Source: Phycisphaerae bacterium (lineage in GTDB: Bacteria > Planctomycetota > Phycisphaerae > Phycisphaerales > SM1A02). Taken from it: a stretch of DNA of 64,000 bases. Position 1 is the first letter of the stretch. Every line of letters begins with the position of its first letter. Below are positions 30,034 to 40,500 of the stretch, piece by piece. A program made the translations under genes and the position numbers. Location of the stretch: NCBI GenBank assembly GCA_002709295.1, contig PAQL01000012.1, forward strand, positions 171,717 through 235,716. Reading direction: 5' to 3'. The notes beneath the pieces were generated by a model. That model did not search any database, was not told where the DNA came from, and saw only the letters and a list, made by a program, of their open reading frames with translations.

Positions 30034-30075
30034 GACTCGATGCTCCGAGGGTCGTCGGACCGGCTCGATCCGGAT

Positions 30076-30936
30076 TCACTCCACGATGACGGGGCCGACT
30101 TCCGTCGGTTCGTCGACCACGGCGACCCGGATGTCTCCGTAGGTCGTGCGGAGAATCACCGGATTCTCCCCGTCACCGACCTCGCCCACGAAGATCGAGG
30201 GGCCGTTCTCCTCCGAGGTCGCGGTGATGGGCGCTTCGGTGAATCGCTGGTACACCCGTCCGCCGACCGATCGAAGGTCGTAGAGGCCGGTCGATCCGGG
30301 TCCCACCCGGTAGTCGATCGAGGCATCCTTCGTCACAAGGACGATCGAATCGTTCATGGGGTGATCGGTGACCACGCGGACGTCGCCGTAGGTGGTCTCG
30401 ATGTCCACCGGTCCGGAGTTGTTCTTCACCCAGACATGGCCACGGGTGGTCGAGATGTCGATGCCGCCGAGCTGGCCGGTGCGGATGAAGAAATCCACCC
30501 CCTGCAGGTGATCCTCGGGATGAGCGGTGCTGGTGGTGATGAACACGGTCTCGCGATCCAGCTCGCCCTTTCGAAGCTCGATCCGATACTCGATGTCCTC
30601 GAGGGCCTGCTCGCCTTCGTCCCGACGCGAATGTCCGAGATAGGCCCGGCGGACGGGTTCGATCGTCGCGCCCTCCATGCCCGGCACCTCCTCGATGCGG
30701 ACATTGCCCGCGAACGACTCGATCACGACATCGAGCACGCCTCGGACATCGACCATCACCCTGGCATCGTCCTCGGCCATCTCCCCCCGGACCAACGCAT
30801 TGCTCATCCTCTCGACCGAGGACGTCGGCGTGCTGCAGCCGACGGCCAGAAGACACGCCGGGAGGATCCAGATCGGCGTCGGCACGAGCTGGCGGATCAT
30901 GCCGACGGATGAGAGGGCCGAGGGGATTCGACGCAT
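30076..30936 (-). CDS. lipoprotein, DUF4097 (putative adhesin)-like
   Basis: LPACLLAVGC lipobox. Repeated YGDVRV/YGDIRV beta-strand signatures. Confidence 0.6.
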   Translation of the reverse strand: MRRIPSALSSVGMIRQLVPTPIWILPACLLAVGCSTPTSSVERMSNALVRGEMAEDDARVMVDVRGVLDVVIESFAGNVRIEEVPGMEGATIEPVRRAYLGHSRRDEGEQALEDIEYRIELRKGELDRETVFITTSTAHPEDHLQGVDFFIRTGQLGGIDISTTRGHVWVKNNSGPVDIETTYGDVRVVTDHPMNDSIVLVTKDASIDYRVGPGSTGLYDLRSVGGRVYQRFTEAPITATSEENGPSIFVGEVGDGENPVILRTTYGDIRVAVVDEPTEVGPVIVE

Positions 30937-31094
30937 TCGGATTCCTGCCAGTGGCGGATCAGGGACGAAAAGGGGCCCGCGGAACGTACCCGGGCCCTTC
31001 GAATATCGGCAGGAAAGCCCCGGAAGCTCCCATCCACCCCGGAATTCCCCGGACCCGCTGCAGGATCCCCTGCCCTCCCCCTAGCATCTCGTCC

Positions 31095-32756
31095 ATGCTC
31101 CAGATGCCCATGACCCGACAGGTGCTCTCAGGGGCCTTTCTCGGCCTTCTGGCGGTGCTTCAGGGCTTCAGCCAGACTCCGGAAGCTCCACCCGAGCCCC
31201 GGATCGGAGATCCGCTTCAGGTACGTATCGACGCCTCCGTGCTCGCCGCCCTGGCGACCCGGATGGAGGACGGCGATCTTCCCGCCACCGGAGTCGGTCC
31301 CCGACTGATCGTCTTCTTCTGCGAGGCTCGAGGCCCCCTCGGCGACCGGGATCCGATCGCGGCCCCCTTCTACCGACGCCCTCAACCCATCCGCTCCATC
31401 TCCGTCGATCTGTGGGAGCTGATCACGGCGAATGACGACGTGGTGATCGAGCTCGGCGACGATCAGGAGGACGTGGCCCGCATCCCGGACCGACTCGCGG
31501 ATCTGCAGGGCGATTTCAAGCTCCGAGCCCTCATCGACCTCGGCACTCGACGGGGTCATGATGCCCCGGGCAATCCAGTCTCCTCGATCGTGGAAGTCGC
31601 TTATCGACGCGACCGCAGCGATCCGACGGAGATCGTGATCGACGGACTGATCGAATCCGAGTCCCGGCCCGAAGCGGAGAACCTCGTCTGGATCGAGGTC
31701 CCCAGTCCGATGCTCTCCGAGGCACTCGGGCGACCGGTCTCCCATCGAGCGGGAGTCGCGCTTCCACCCGCCTATCTGGATCCCGCGTCCGGACGACGCT
31801 TCTGGCCGGTGATCTACGTGGTCCCCGGCTTCGGTGGGGATGAACGTGATGCGGAGCGCTGGGCCGGATTGCTGGCCGATCCGACCTTGAAGACCGCCAT
31901 GCCCGAGGCCGTGTTCATCGTCCTCGATCCCAACGACCCTCTCGGCCACCACGGCTTCATCGACGGAGACAACACCGGACCTCGTGGAACCGCCCTCGTG
32001 GAGGAGTTCATCCCGTGGCTGGAAAGACGGTTCCGACTTCAGGCCGATCCGACCAGTCGGATCCTTCATGGACACTCCAGTGGTGGATGGTCGAGCCTCT
32101 GGCTCCAGCTCGAGCATCCCGAGGTCTTCGGATCATGCTTCTCCAGCGCTCCGGATCCCGTCGACTTCTCGGCCTTCGGAACCGTGGACATCACCCGGGA
32201 CGACAACCTCTTCGTCGGACCGGATGGCGAGGCTCGGGCGAGCTACCGCGAACCGCTGTCCGACGATCTGGATCGAATCCTGATGACCGTCCGCGAGGAG
32301 GCGGCGATGGAACATGCCATCGCACCGGATGGCACCAGCGGGGAGCAGTGGAGCACGTGGAACGCGATGTTCAGCTCGAGGGACCGTGGCCGCGGCCTTC
32401 CTCGAATGGCTCTGGACCTGGATTCAGGTCGGATCGATCGCACCATCGTGGATCGCGACTGGAGCCGGTACGACATCGGTGCCCGTCTGCGTCGGGATCC
32501 GGAACGCTTCGCCCCGATCCTTCTGGACCGGGTAAGGCTGATCTGCGGCACCAGGGACTGCTACTACCTCGACGAGGCCGTCTCACGACTGTCCGAGGAT
32601 CTGGAATCGATTCGAGCACGCCTCGGACTCGATGAGGGCGACGGTTCGATCGAGCTGGTTCCGGATGCGACTCACGACTCGATCACCGGACATGCGATGA
32701 AGCAGTGGCTCTCGGAATGGCGGGACATGACCTCGGAGAACCCGACCGGTTCCTGA
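31095..32756 (+). CDS. secreted alpha/beta hydrolase, putative esterase family
   Basis: ATG 31095 with a signal peptide (MLQMPMTRQVLSGAFLGLLAVLQG). GHSSGG nucleophile elbow, followed by FSSAPDPVDF. Confidence 0.75.
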   Translation: MLQMPMTRQVLSGAFLGLLAVLQGFSQTPEAPPEPRIGDPLQVRIDASVLAALATRMEDGDLPATGVGPRLIVFFCEARGPLGDRDPIAAPFYRRPQPIRSISVDLWELITANDDVVIELGDDQEDVARIPDRLADLQGDFKLRALIDLGTRRGHDAPGNPVSSIVEVAYRRDRSDPTEIVIDGLIESESRPEAENLVWIEVPSPMLSEALGRPVSHRAGVALPPAYLDPASGRRFWPVIYVVPGFGGDERDAERWAGLLADPTLKTAMPEAVFIVLDPNDPLGHHGFIDGDNTGPRGTALVEEFIPWLERRFRLQADPTSRILHGHSSGGWSSLWLQLEHPEVFGSCFSSAPDPVDFSAFGTVDITRDDNLFVGPDGEARASYREPLSDDLDRILMTVREEAAMEHAIAPDGTSGEQWSTWNAMFSSRDRGRGLPRMALDLDSGRIDRTIVDRDWSRYDIGARLRRDPERFAPILLDRVRLICGTRDCYYLDEAVSRLSEDLESIRARLGLDEGDGSIELVPDATHDSITGHAMKQWLSEWRDMTSENPTGS

Positions 32757-32782
32757 TGTCCGAGGAGCGACGCCGGCCGGCC

Positions 32783-33268
32783 TCAGCCTCCCGAGTCGGC
32801 ACCGTCCGCAGAGCCGTCGTCCTTGCCGTCGTCCTTACCGTCGTCCTTGCCGTCGTTCGTTCCGGTGTCATCGACGCCGTCGTCCTGGCCGTTGGAACTG
32901 TTGATGTCCACGGAGTTGTCATTGCCTTCGACATCGACCGTGGAATCGACATCGGTACTGGAATCGGAGATGCCCTGTTCTTCGGCCCACTTCTCCACCA
33001 TCTCGCCAACCCCGACACCGGCGGCCAGAAGCACCAGCGGGATGGTGATGTTCAGGATGCCAAGCACCAGTCCGGCGGTCGCCATGCCTCGTCCGGGCCT
33101 CTTGCGACCGATCGCCCCGAAGATCACGGCCAGGATCGCCAACACGAAGTTGAGATACAGGCCCACGAAGCAACAACCGGGAACGAAGGAAGTGATTCCA
33201 AGAACCATGGCCGCGATGCCCATGCCCTTGCCTTGGGGCTGTCCGGCGGGAGAATTCATGTCACTCAT
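32783..33268 (-). CDS. DUF4190-like membrane protein with acidic repetitive tail
   Basis: ATG 33268. MGIAAMVLGITSF...AILAVIFGAIG...ATAGLVLGILN. Tail NDGKDDGKDDGKDDGSADGADSGG. Confidence 0.7.
   Translation of the reverse strand: MSDMNSPAGQPQGKGMGIAAMVLGITSFVPGCCFVGLYLNFVLAILAVIFGAIGRKRPGRGMATAGLVLGILNITIPLVLLAAGVGVGEMVEKWAEEQGISDSSTDVDSTVDVEGNDNSVDINSSNGQDDGVDDTGTNDGKDDGKDDGKDDGSADGADSGG
32815..32862 (-). repeat. 12-nt tandem repeat (3 good units plus 1 degenerate) encoding (DDGK)n
   Basis: ccgtcgtccttg / ccgtcgtcctta / ccgtcgtccttg / ccgtcgttcgtt, read directly. Confidence 0.8.
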
Positions 33269-33455
33269 CGTCACATCCTTCTTCTCTGGGATTGCGTGTT
33301 GGATACCGACCGAATCGACGGAAGGTCCGAAACTCGGACCATCGATGTCCCGGTCGGGCGAAGGATACAGGATCCCTCGGATCCGGCATGCCGGTTCGCA
33401 CCGGCCGTGCATGTGAAAGAGCACCTTGCGTTGGCTGGCGAGGCTTCCGAGGGGG

Positions 33456-33839
33456 TCAGCCGCCGCCAAAGGCGGAGGGAACGTCGCCCCAAGGCGCGAT
33501 GACACGACTCTTGACGCCTCCCCTGCCCTTCCAGTCGGTCACGATCTGGAGCCACACCGGACTCGCGGTTCGTGCGAGATCGTCACGGATCTTGTTGGTG
33601 ACCGCCTCGAAGAACATGCCCTCGTTCCTGAAGGCATGGAAGTAGAGCTTCAGACTCTTGAGCTCGAGACACACCGCGGCCGGCTCGTAGCGGACGGTGA
33701 TCGTGCCGAAGTCGGGATGCCCGGTCATCGGACAGACCGAGGTGAATTCCTCGTGTCGGTGTTCGATCACGTACGGCGTGTCCCCCGGGTTGTCGAAGAA
33801 CTCGAGGATCTGTTCAGCGAATGGTGCTACTTCGGACAT
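33456..33839 (-). CDS. queF: NADPH-dependent 7-cyano-7-deazaguanine reductase
   Basis: EFTSVCPMTGHPDFGTITVRYEP and the ELKSLKLYF QueF motif. ATG 33839. Confidence 0.9.
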   Translation of the reverse strand: MSEVAPFAEQILEFFDNPGDTPYVIEHRHEEFTSVCPMTGHPDFGTITVRYEPAAVCLELKSLKLYFHAFRNEGMFFEAVTNKIRDDLARTASPVWLQIVTDWKGRGGVKSRVIAPWGDVPSAFGGG

Positions 33840-33870
33840 CGGCCGGGTTCCGGTCGGGAGTTGCGGCGAA

Positions 33871-34953
33871 TCAAAGGCCGTAGGTGGTGAGGAGACGAAC
33901 GACCTTCGGCTGCTCGGGATTGATGCGGAGACTCGATCGGAACGCCGATGCGGCAGCATCCCTCGCCTCGAGCAGGGTTCGCTCCGAGGCGAGCCAGGCA
34001 TTCAGCTCGTTGACTCCGATTCCATTGAGGGCGGGCCAGTAGTCGGGATCGATCTCGACCGCCCGTCGATAGCATTCCACGCTGGCTTCGTAGTCGCCGA
34101 GACGGAAGTGGCTGCGACCCTGTCGATCCCAGGCGATCGCGGATGGCGCGAGTTCGAGAAGGACTTCACCCGCGTTGACCGATTCCTTGAAACGACCGGC
34201 ACCCGCGTAGCACTCCACGAGGTTGCCGATGAGCCGAGGATCGTTGCCGACCAGCTCGATCGCGATCTCGTAGGTGTCGATGGCGTCGTCGGTCCGTCCC
34301 GAGAGCATGTAGGCGGTGCCGAGCATCGCATGGGCATCACCCTCGTCCGGCCGAAGCTCCACGACTCTCTGCGCGGGCGCCACCGCGCTGCGCGGCATGT
34401 CCATCTCGAGGAATGCCGCGGCGAGGGATGCGAGTGCATCATCGTCGTTCGGCGCCACGGCAAGGGCCAGCTGGAAGGCCCGGATCGAATCACGGAGACG
34501 CCCCAGAGCCCGAAGGGTCTCACCATGCCCGAACTGTGCCTCGAAGTTCCGAGGTTCCAGACGGACCGCTCGTGCGAAGGCAGGCTCCGCCCGGGCCGCG
34601 TCACCCATGGATTCATAGGCGGTCCCGATGCCGATGTAGGCGACGGTGAGCGATGGATTCTCGTCGAGCAGCGACTCGAACACCTCGATCGCCTCGACCG
34701 GATCGCCCGCATCGATCAACGCCCGCCCTTCGGCCGCACGCTCCGCCTGCTCCAAAGTCGGTCGACGCACATCCACCACCGGGCGCGGTGGAGCAGGAAG
34801 CGGAGCATCCTGGACCTCCTGAGGAGGATCACTGACGCACCCAGCCGACACGAGAAGGAGGAGGACCGACATCCTCACGATCCGATGGGATCCGAGAAAA
34901 GCCACTCGATCTGGGAGGGATGTGGGCATCTGGAGTTCCGGAGAAGGGTTCAT
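33871..34953 (-). CDS. TPR-repeat lipoprotein
   Basis: Multiple TPR units (AYIGIGTAYESMGDAARAEPAFARAVRLEP...) and LLLLVSAGC. ATG 34953 overlaps the nfo stop (ATGA). Alternative ATGs at 34929/34872. Confidence 0.75.
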   Translation of the reverse strand: MNPSPELQMPTSLPDRVAFLGSHRIVRMSVLLLLVSAGCVSDPPQEVQDAPLPAPPRPVVDVRRPTLEQAERAAEGRALIDAGDPVEAIEVFESLLDENPSLTVAYIGIGTAYESMGDAARAEPAFARAVRLEPRNFEAQFGHGETLRALGRLRDSIRAFQLALAVAPNDDDALASLAAAFLEMDMPRSAVAPAQRVVELRPDEGDAHAMLGTAYMLSGRTDDAIDTYEIAIELVGNDPRLIGNLVECYAGAGRFKESVNAGEVLLELAPSAIAWDRQGRSHFRLGDYEASVECYRRAVEIDPDYWPALNGIGVNELNAWLASERTLLEARDAAASAFRSSLRINPEQPKVVRLLTTYGL

Positions 34954-35948
34954 CGACTGGTACTTCGGCTCGATCGACGCCCTGGAGCCAAGGAACGCAG
35001 CGCTTCGAGGTTGACGAGATCCCATGAAAGTCCCTCCGGACCTCCATCCTTCTCCGTTTCCAGCGCCATGGGGATCCCCTGCCAGGCAGGAACCCGCAGG
35101 ACCGCCTTGAAACACGCCTCGCCACAGGTGCCCTGCCCGATATGGGCATGACGATCCTTCCTGCTCCCGAGAGCTCCCACGGAATCGTTCAGATGGACGG
35201 CGATCACCTGATCCAGCCCGATCGTCGCCTCCAGCCGTTCCAGCACCCCCCTGGCCTTCGCGGGCGTGGACATGTCATGGCCGGCCGCCACCGCATGGCA
35301 GGTGTCGAAACAGAACCCGACTCTCTCCGGTACCGCGACCCGATCACGGATCCAGGCGAGCTGACCGGGGTCGTATCCGAGGTTGGTGCCACTGCCCACC
35401 GTGTTCTCGAGGGCGGTTCGAACCACGTACCCCCGGGTCTCTTTTTCCAGGCGGTCGAGCGCCTCGACGATCCTCGCGAGCCCCTTCTCCTCGTCGGGGC
35501 TGGGAGGTTCTCCGATCGGATTCGGATCCCCGGGCTTGCGCGGAGCCTCGAGGTGGGCCCCGGGATGGGCGACGCAGGCCGGGATTCCGAGAGCCTCGCA
35601 ACGCTCCAGTTCCTCTCGCTGGAGACGAACGGACTTCTCCCATCCGTCCGGATCCGGCGAGGCCATGTTGATCAGGTAGCTGTTGTGGCTGACCACCCGG
35701 GCCGGGTCGTCACTCCAGCCGATCTCCTCGATCGCAGAGCGCCACGCCGCGATCTCCGAATCCAGAAGCGGCTTCACCTTCCACTGCCGCTGATTCTTGG
35801 TGAAGACCTGGAGACAGTCGCAGTCGAGCTCGGCGGCGGCCCGGACCGCATTCTCCATCCCCCCCGCGATCGAGAGATGCGAACCGAGCCAGGGGGCGGT
35901 TCTCGCACCCGACACGGCGTTGGTGGATGAGTTCTTCACGGCCGGCAT
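34950..35948 (-). CDS. nfo: deoxyribonuclease IV (endonuclease IV)
   Basis: GSHLSIAGG, LQVFTKNQRQW, HLNDSVGALGSRKDRHAHIGQG. Confidence 0.9.
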   Translation of the reverse strand: MPAVKNSSTNAVSGARTAPWLGSHLSIAGGMENAVRAAAELDCDCLQVFTKNQRQWKVKPLLDSEIAAWRSAIEEIGWSDDPARVVSHNSYLINMASPDPDGWEKSVRLQREELERCEALGIPACVAHPGAHLEAPRKPGDPNPIGEPPSPDEEKGLARIVEALDRLEKETRGYVVRTALENTVGSGTNLGYDPGQLAWIRDRVAVPERVGFCFDTCHAVAAGHDMSTPAKARGVLERLEATIGLDQVIAVHLNDSVGALGSRKDRHAHIGQGTCGEACFKAVLRVPAWQGIPMALETEKDGGPEGLSWDLVNLEALRSLAPGRRSSRSTSR

Positions 35949-35957
35949 GAGGAGACT

Positions 35958-36722
35958 CTAACGCTCTCGAGCCCACTCGTCCTCGCGATCCCGCCGCCTC
36001 GCCTCGATCCCATCGAGTTTGTGGCGATGCCCGATCGCGACGATCGAGGTCCAGGCGAGGATCAGATCTGCGATCAACTGGATCAGCCACCACCCGAGGA
36101 ATCCCAGCGCGAAGATCGTCACCACATCCCATGATCGTCCGGTCCAGATCGCGGCGACGGCGATGATGGCAGCGATCACCGGCGGCCAGATGCCGTACTG
36201 CTGGAATCCCTCCGCAACGTCATCCTGGATCCACCGAGCGGTGGACATCGAACCGCGGACTCCGAACGCGAGCAGGAAGGCGAGGATGATCGGGATCGCG
36301 ATGTCGAGCCATCCCCAGGCACCGAAGAACGCCACCGCCGTCACCCAGATGAAGATGACGAGCATCATCATCACCACCAGGTTTCCCGGCCGACGAGCCG
36401 ACTTCGGTTCGTGCAGACGCCGACTGCTGCGCAACAGCAGGTTCACCATCGCGATCGGCATGCCCGCCATGACCAGCCTGAATCTCATGGGCGATGGCGT
36501 GAAGATCGACACCACGATCACCAGGGTCAGGAGCTGGACGAAGGCGACGCCTCCGAGCCACATCGCGGTCCGGACGAGAAGATGGGTGGGCTGGTCCAGG
36601 TATCGCACCCCCCCCCCGACCGGCGAGAGCCCGCCACATTCGGGACAGCGGGCGTTCAACTCCAGTCCGGTGCGGTCGTAGCCGCAGTGGATGCAGAGCC
36701 CGGGCGAGCTTCCGGGATTCAA
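35958..36722 (-). CDS. multi-pass membrane protein with N-terminal zinc ribbon
   Basis: CIHCGYDRTGLELNARCPECGG followed by about 6 hydrophobic helices. The proposed TTG 36722 overlaps the purQ stop (TTGA); no in-frame ATG precedes the ribbon downstream of purQ. Confidence 0.55.
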   Translation of the reverse strand: MNPGSSPGLCIHCGYDRTGLELNARCPECGGLSPVGGGVRYLDQPTHLLVRTAMWLGGVAFVQLLTLVIVVSIFTPSPMRFRLVMAGMPIAMVNLLLRSSRRLHEPKSARRPGNLVVMMMLVIFIWVTAVAFFGAWGWLDIAIPIILAFLLAFGVRGSMSTARWIQDDVAEGFQQYGIWPPVIAAIIAVAAIWTGRSWDVVTIFALGFLGWWLIQLIADLILAWTSIVAIGHRHKLDGIEARRRDREDEWARER

Positions 36723-37558
36723 GCCGAGGGTGCCATGGCGTGACGAACCGCATTGCGGAACATCAGCAGACCCAGAGGCTCCCCGGACCGGATCCCGGCA
36801 TCCAGTCGCGTCCAGGTCGGATGCTGGGACCACCGGGTGTATCGCTCGGGGTGAGGCATGAGTCCGAGCACCAGGCCGCTGGCATCGCAGATGCCTGCGA
36901 TGGCACCGGTGGAACCGTTGAAGTTCGTGCCCTCCGCATAACGAACCGCGACCCGACCCTCCTGCTCCAGCATCGCGACGGTCGATGAATCGGCGATGAA
37001 CCGACCCTCCCCGTGCGCACTGGGAAGCAGACGCACCGATGCATCGACGTCGGTGAGACCCGCGGTCCAGATGCACCGCGTGTCGGCGGGCACGTCGACT
37101 TCCGTCCAGTCGTCCCGGAACCGGCCCGACGTGTTGGGCGCCAGGGCCACGAGCGGCGAAGCCGGTTCGACCGGCCAGTCGGCACCGGCATCGGGCCCGG
37201 GCAGCAGACCGGCCTGGACCGCGATCTGAAATCCATTGCAGGGGGCGATCATCGGGACCCCGCGGGCGATCGCGGCGGCGAGCGCCGGATAGAGGTTCCT
37301 CCGGATGAGCTGGGCGAGAATCCTGCCCGCCCCACCGTCGTCCCCGTAGCTGAAGCCGCCCGGGAGACCGATCAGTTCGAAGTCGTCCACCAGCGTCGGT
37401 TCACGTCGAAGCCTCTCGAAGAGGATCGACTCCGGCCTTGCCCCGGCCTCGGCGAAGGCGCGCGCCAGCTCACCGTCGCAGTTGATGCCCGGCGCCGTGA
37501 CCACCAGTGCACGCGGCGCCCCGTCGCCGAAGCTCGAGCAGGAATCCATGCCGGTCAT
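36719..37558 (-). CDS. purQ: phosphoribosylformylglycinamidine synthase, glutaminase subunit
   Basis: LVVTAPGINCDGE, IAPCNGFQ, MPHPER. ATG 37558 overlaps the purL stop (ATGA). Alternative ATG at 37567. Confidence 0.9.
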   Translation of the reverse strand: MTGMDSCSSFGDGAPRALVVTAPGINCDGELARAFAEAGARPESILFERLRREPTLVDDFELIGLPGGFSYGDDGGAGRILAQLIRRNLYPALAAAIARGVPMIAPCNGFQIAVQAGLLPGPDAGADWPVEPASPLVALAPNTSGRFRDDWTEVDVPADTRCIWTAGLTDVDASVRLLPSAHGEGRFIADSSTVAMLEQEGRVAVRYAEGTNFNGSTGAIAGICDASGLVLGLMPHPERYTRWSQHPTWTRLDAGIRSGEPLGLLMFRNAVRHAMAPSA

Positions 37559-40500
37559 CGTTCGCATCCCTTGTTCCAGGCATCGAGGAACCCATCGGCC
37601 GGAGAGGACGCCGCCTCGAACTCATCACTTCGAACCTGCACGTCGGTTCCGCCGAAGGTTCCGATCACCGCATGAGGCAGGTCGCCCAGGAGATCGGAGA
37701 GCTTCTGGAGATCGGACTCGGCGACTTCGAGGAGATACCGGGAGGGGTCCTCGGCGAAGGCCGTCGCGGTCGCGGAGGCGGCACCGTCGGTGGGGACCGC
37801 ATCGAGATCGAGGTCGATGCCCAGACCGCCGGAGAAGGCCATCTCGATCGCCGCGACCAGCAGGCCCCCTTCGCTGGGGTCGTGGGCGCTCCTCACGATG
37901 CCGGCCCGAATCGCCTCGGCCACGGCCCGCGCGGTGCGCGGACCACGAACCAGATCGGTGACCGGCAGCTCGTCTCGGCCCGCTCCCGGATCGCCGCCGA
38001 TCCGAAGGAAGTGCGAACCGCCGAGCCGATCGCTCGTGCTGCCGACCACGACCAGGCGGCTGCCGTCCTGCTTGGCATCCATCGAAGTCGCGATCGATTC
38101 GTCCTCCACCAGACCCATGCCCGAGATCAGCAGGGTGGGTGGGACGCGGATGGTGCGACCGTCTTCGGTCGAGAACTGGTTGTTCAGCGAGTCCTTCCCG
38201 CTGACGAAGGGGGTTCGGTAGGCGATCCCGCCATCGAGGCACGCCTCGGAGGCCCGGACCAGTGAACCGAGATTCCGTGGGTCGCCGCAACTCGGCCAGC
38301 AGAAGTTGTCGAGGATCGCGATCCGAGTGGGATCGGCACCGACGCAGACCATGTTGCGGACGCATTCGTCGATCGCGGCCAGGCCCATGAGATAAGGGTC
38401 CCGGGCCAGACCGGTCGCCAGGCCATGACCGATGGCGAGACCTCGCGGGCGATCCGGGACCGGTCGGATGATCGCGGCGTCACCGGGGCCGTCGTTGGGG
38501 CCCGCGAAGGGCCGCAGGACCGCTCCACCCTGGACCTCGTGGTCGTACTGCCGGATGATCCAGGCCTTGCTGGCCAGATTGGGATGCCGAAGAAGCGACT
38601 CCGCCATCGCGAGCAGGTCGGCTCCCCCCGTCACCGGAGGTCGTGATTCCACGCCCGGGTCGGCACCGCCCGCCTCCGCCGCCGCCCATTCCGGATCCCA
38701 GGTCGCTTCGCGAACCGGCATCGGGACGCCGTCGTGCAGGAACTCCATCGAGATCCGGCCGACCTCGGTCTCGCCCCAGTGCAGGATGAGCTCGCGTCCC
38801 GGGGTGCCGAACTCCCCGAGATCGCACCACTCCACCCCGTGGTCGTCGCAGATCGCCGCGAGGGTGTCCACCTTCTCGGGCGGAACGGCAAGCACCATGC
38901 GTTCCTGGGCCTCGCTGATCCAGACCTCGACCGGCGTCAGTCCCGCGTACTTCACCGGGGCCCGATCCAGACGGACATCGGCCCCGAGCTTCTCGCCCAT
39001 CTCACCCACCGCGCTGGAGAAGCCTCCGGCACCACAGTCGGTGATGGCTCGGAACAGGCACCCGCTCTCGTGGTCGCGAGCGGCGAGCACCGCATCGAGC
39101 GTGATCTTCTCGGTGATGGGATTCCCGATCTGGACGGCATGACTGAACTCGTCGGCATGGGTGTCGGTGAGTTCGGCGCTCGAGAAGGTCGCCCCGTGGA
39201 TTCCGTCACGGCCGGTCCGTCCACCGAGTGCGATGATCCGGTCTCCCGGCATGGCATCACCCTCGACCCGATCCCGGGGCATCACGCCGATGCAGCCGCA
39301 GTAGACCAGGGGGTTCCCGACGTACCGGTCATCGAACCACACGCCGCCATCCAGGGTCGGGATGCCCATGCGGTTGCCGTAGTCCCGGACCCCGGCGACG
39401 ACTTCGGAGAGCGTCCGTCGCGGGTGAAGGCAACCCTCGGGAAGTTCCCCCGGCTGGTCGGTGGCGACGCAGAAGACGTCGGTCGCGGCGATGGGCTTGG
39501 CCGCGAGACCGGTGCCCATGATGTCCCGGATGCATCCCCCGATCCCGGTGGCGGCTCCTCCGTAGGGCTCGAGGGCCGAGGGGTGGTTGTGGGTCTCGAC
39601 CTTCATGCAGACCGCATGGTCGTCGTCGAAGGCGACCACGCCGGCGTTGTCCACGAAGACCGACAGGCACCAGTCGTCGAGATCCTCCGCCATCAGACGA
39701 TGGGTGGCCGCCGCCACGGTGGATTTCAGCAGGTTGTCGATCCGGACGACGCCCGGTCCGATCAGTTCGTGCCCGGGACGGCTGGAGGCCGACTCCAGGA
39801 GCGAGGGGCCGCTTCCCCCCCCATCCGGCTCGCGGTACTCGATCGTGGCCTTGAGCGTCTTGTGGACGCAATGCTCCGACCAGGTCTGGGCCAGACTCTC
39901 CAGTTCGATCTCACGGGGTTCCCGGCCGAGATCCCGATAGTGACGCTGGATCGCCTGCATCTCCTCGAGGGAGAGGAACAGGTGCGCGTCGCGACTCAGT
40001 CGCTCCAGGGCCTCGTCATCGAGCGAGGAGATCTCGATACTTCGGACCTCGAAGGCACGTTCGTGTCCAGCGGGGAAGGCATCGGGCAGGTAGGCCTCGC
40101 CATGAATGGCATGCACGACCGGGTTGGCCAGAAGTCGGGTCGCCAGACGATGGGCCGCCTCCGGGCTGATGCCGGCGAGTTCCCATCTCACACCCGTCCG
40201 GACCTCGATCGAGGCGGCCCGGTCCCGACCGAGAATCGCCTCGAGAGCCGTCGAGATCGATGCCGCGGCCGGATCCATGACCCCGGGCAGCGGATGAACC
40301 TCGATCAGGGCATGACCGGGCGGGACGGCGGTCGCCCCCAGCTCGGCCATCTGCATGACCGGATCCGCCAGCAGGTCCCGACCGATCCGGTCGAGCTCCT
40401 CGGCCCGAAGATCGCCCTGGAGGAGGTAGACGTCGATCCGGGCGGCCCCGGTCGGTCTCAGATCGAGCTCGAGGTCCGCAGCATCGGAGAGGAGAGCGTC

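Noticed and set aside
36608-36615. C8/G8 homopolymer tracts (also 39815-39822 in purL and 46382-46389 in radA) as phase-variation switches
   Set aside because: They encode Gly-Gly(-Gly) in essential housekeeping genes and are expected at this GC content. Nothing suggests contingency-locus behaviour.
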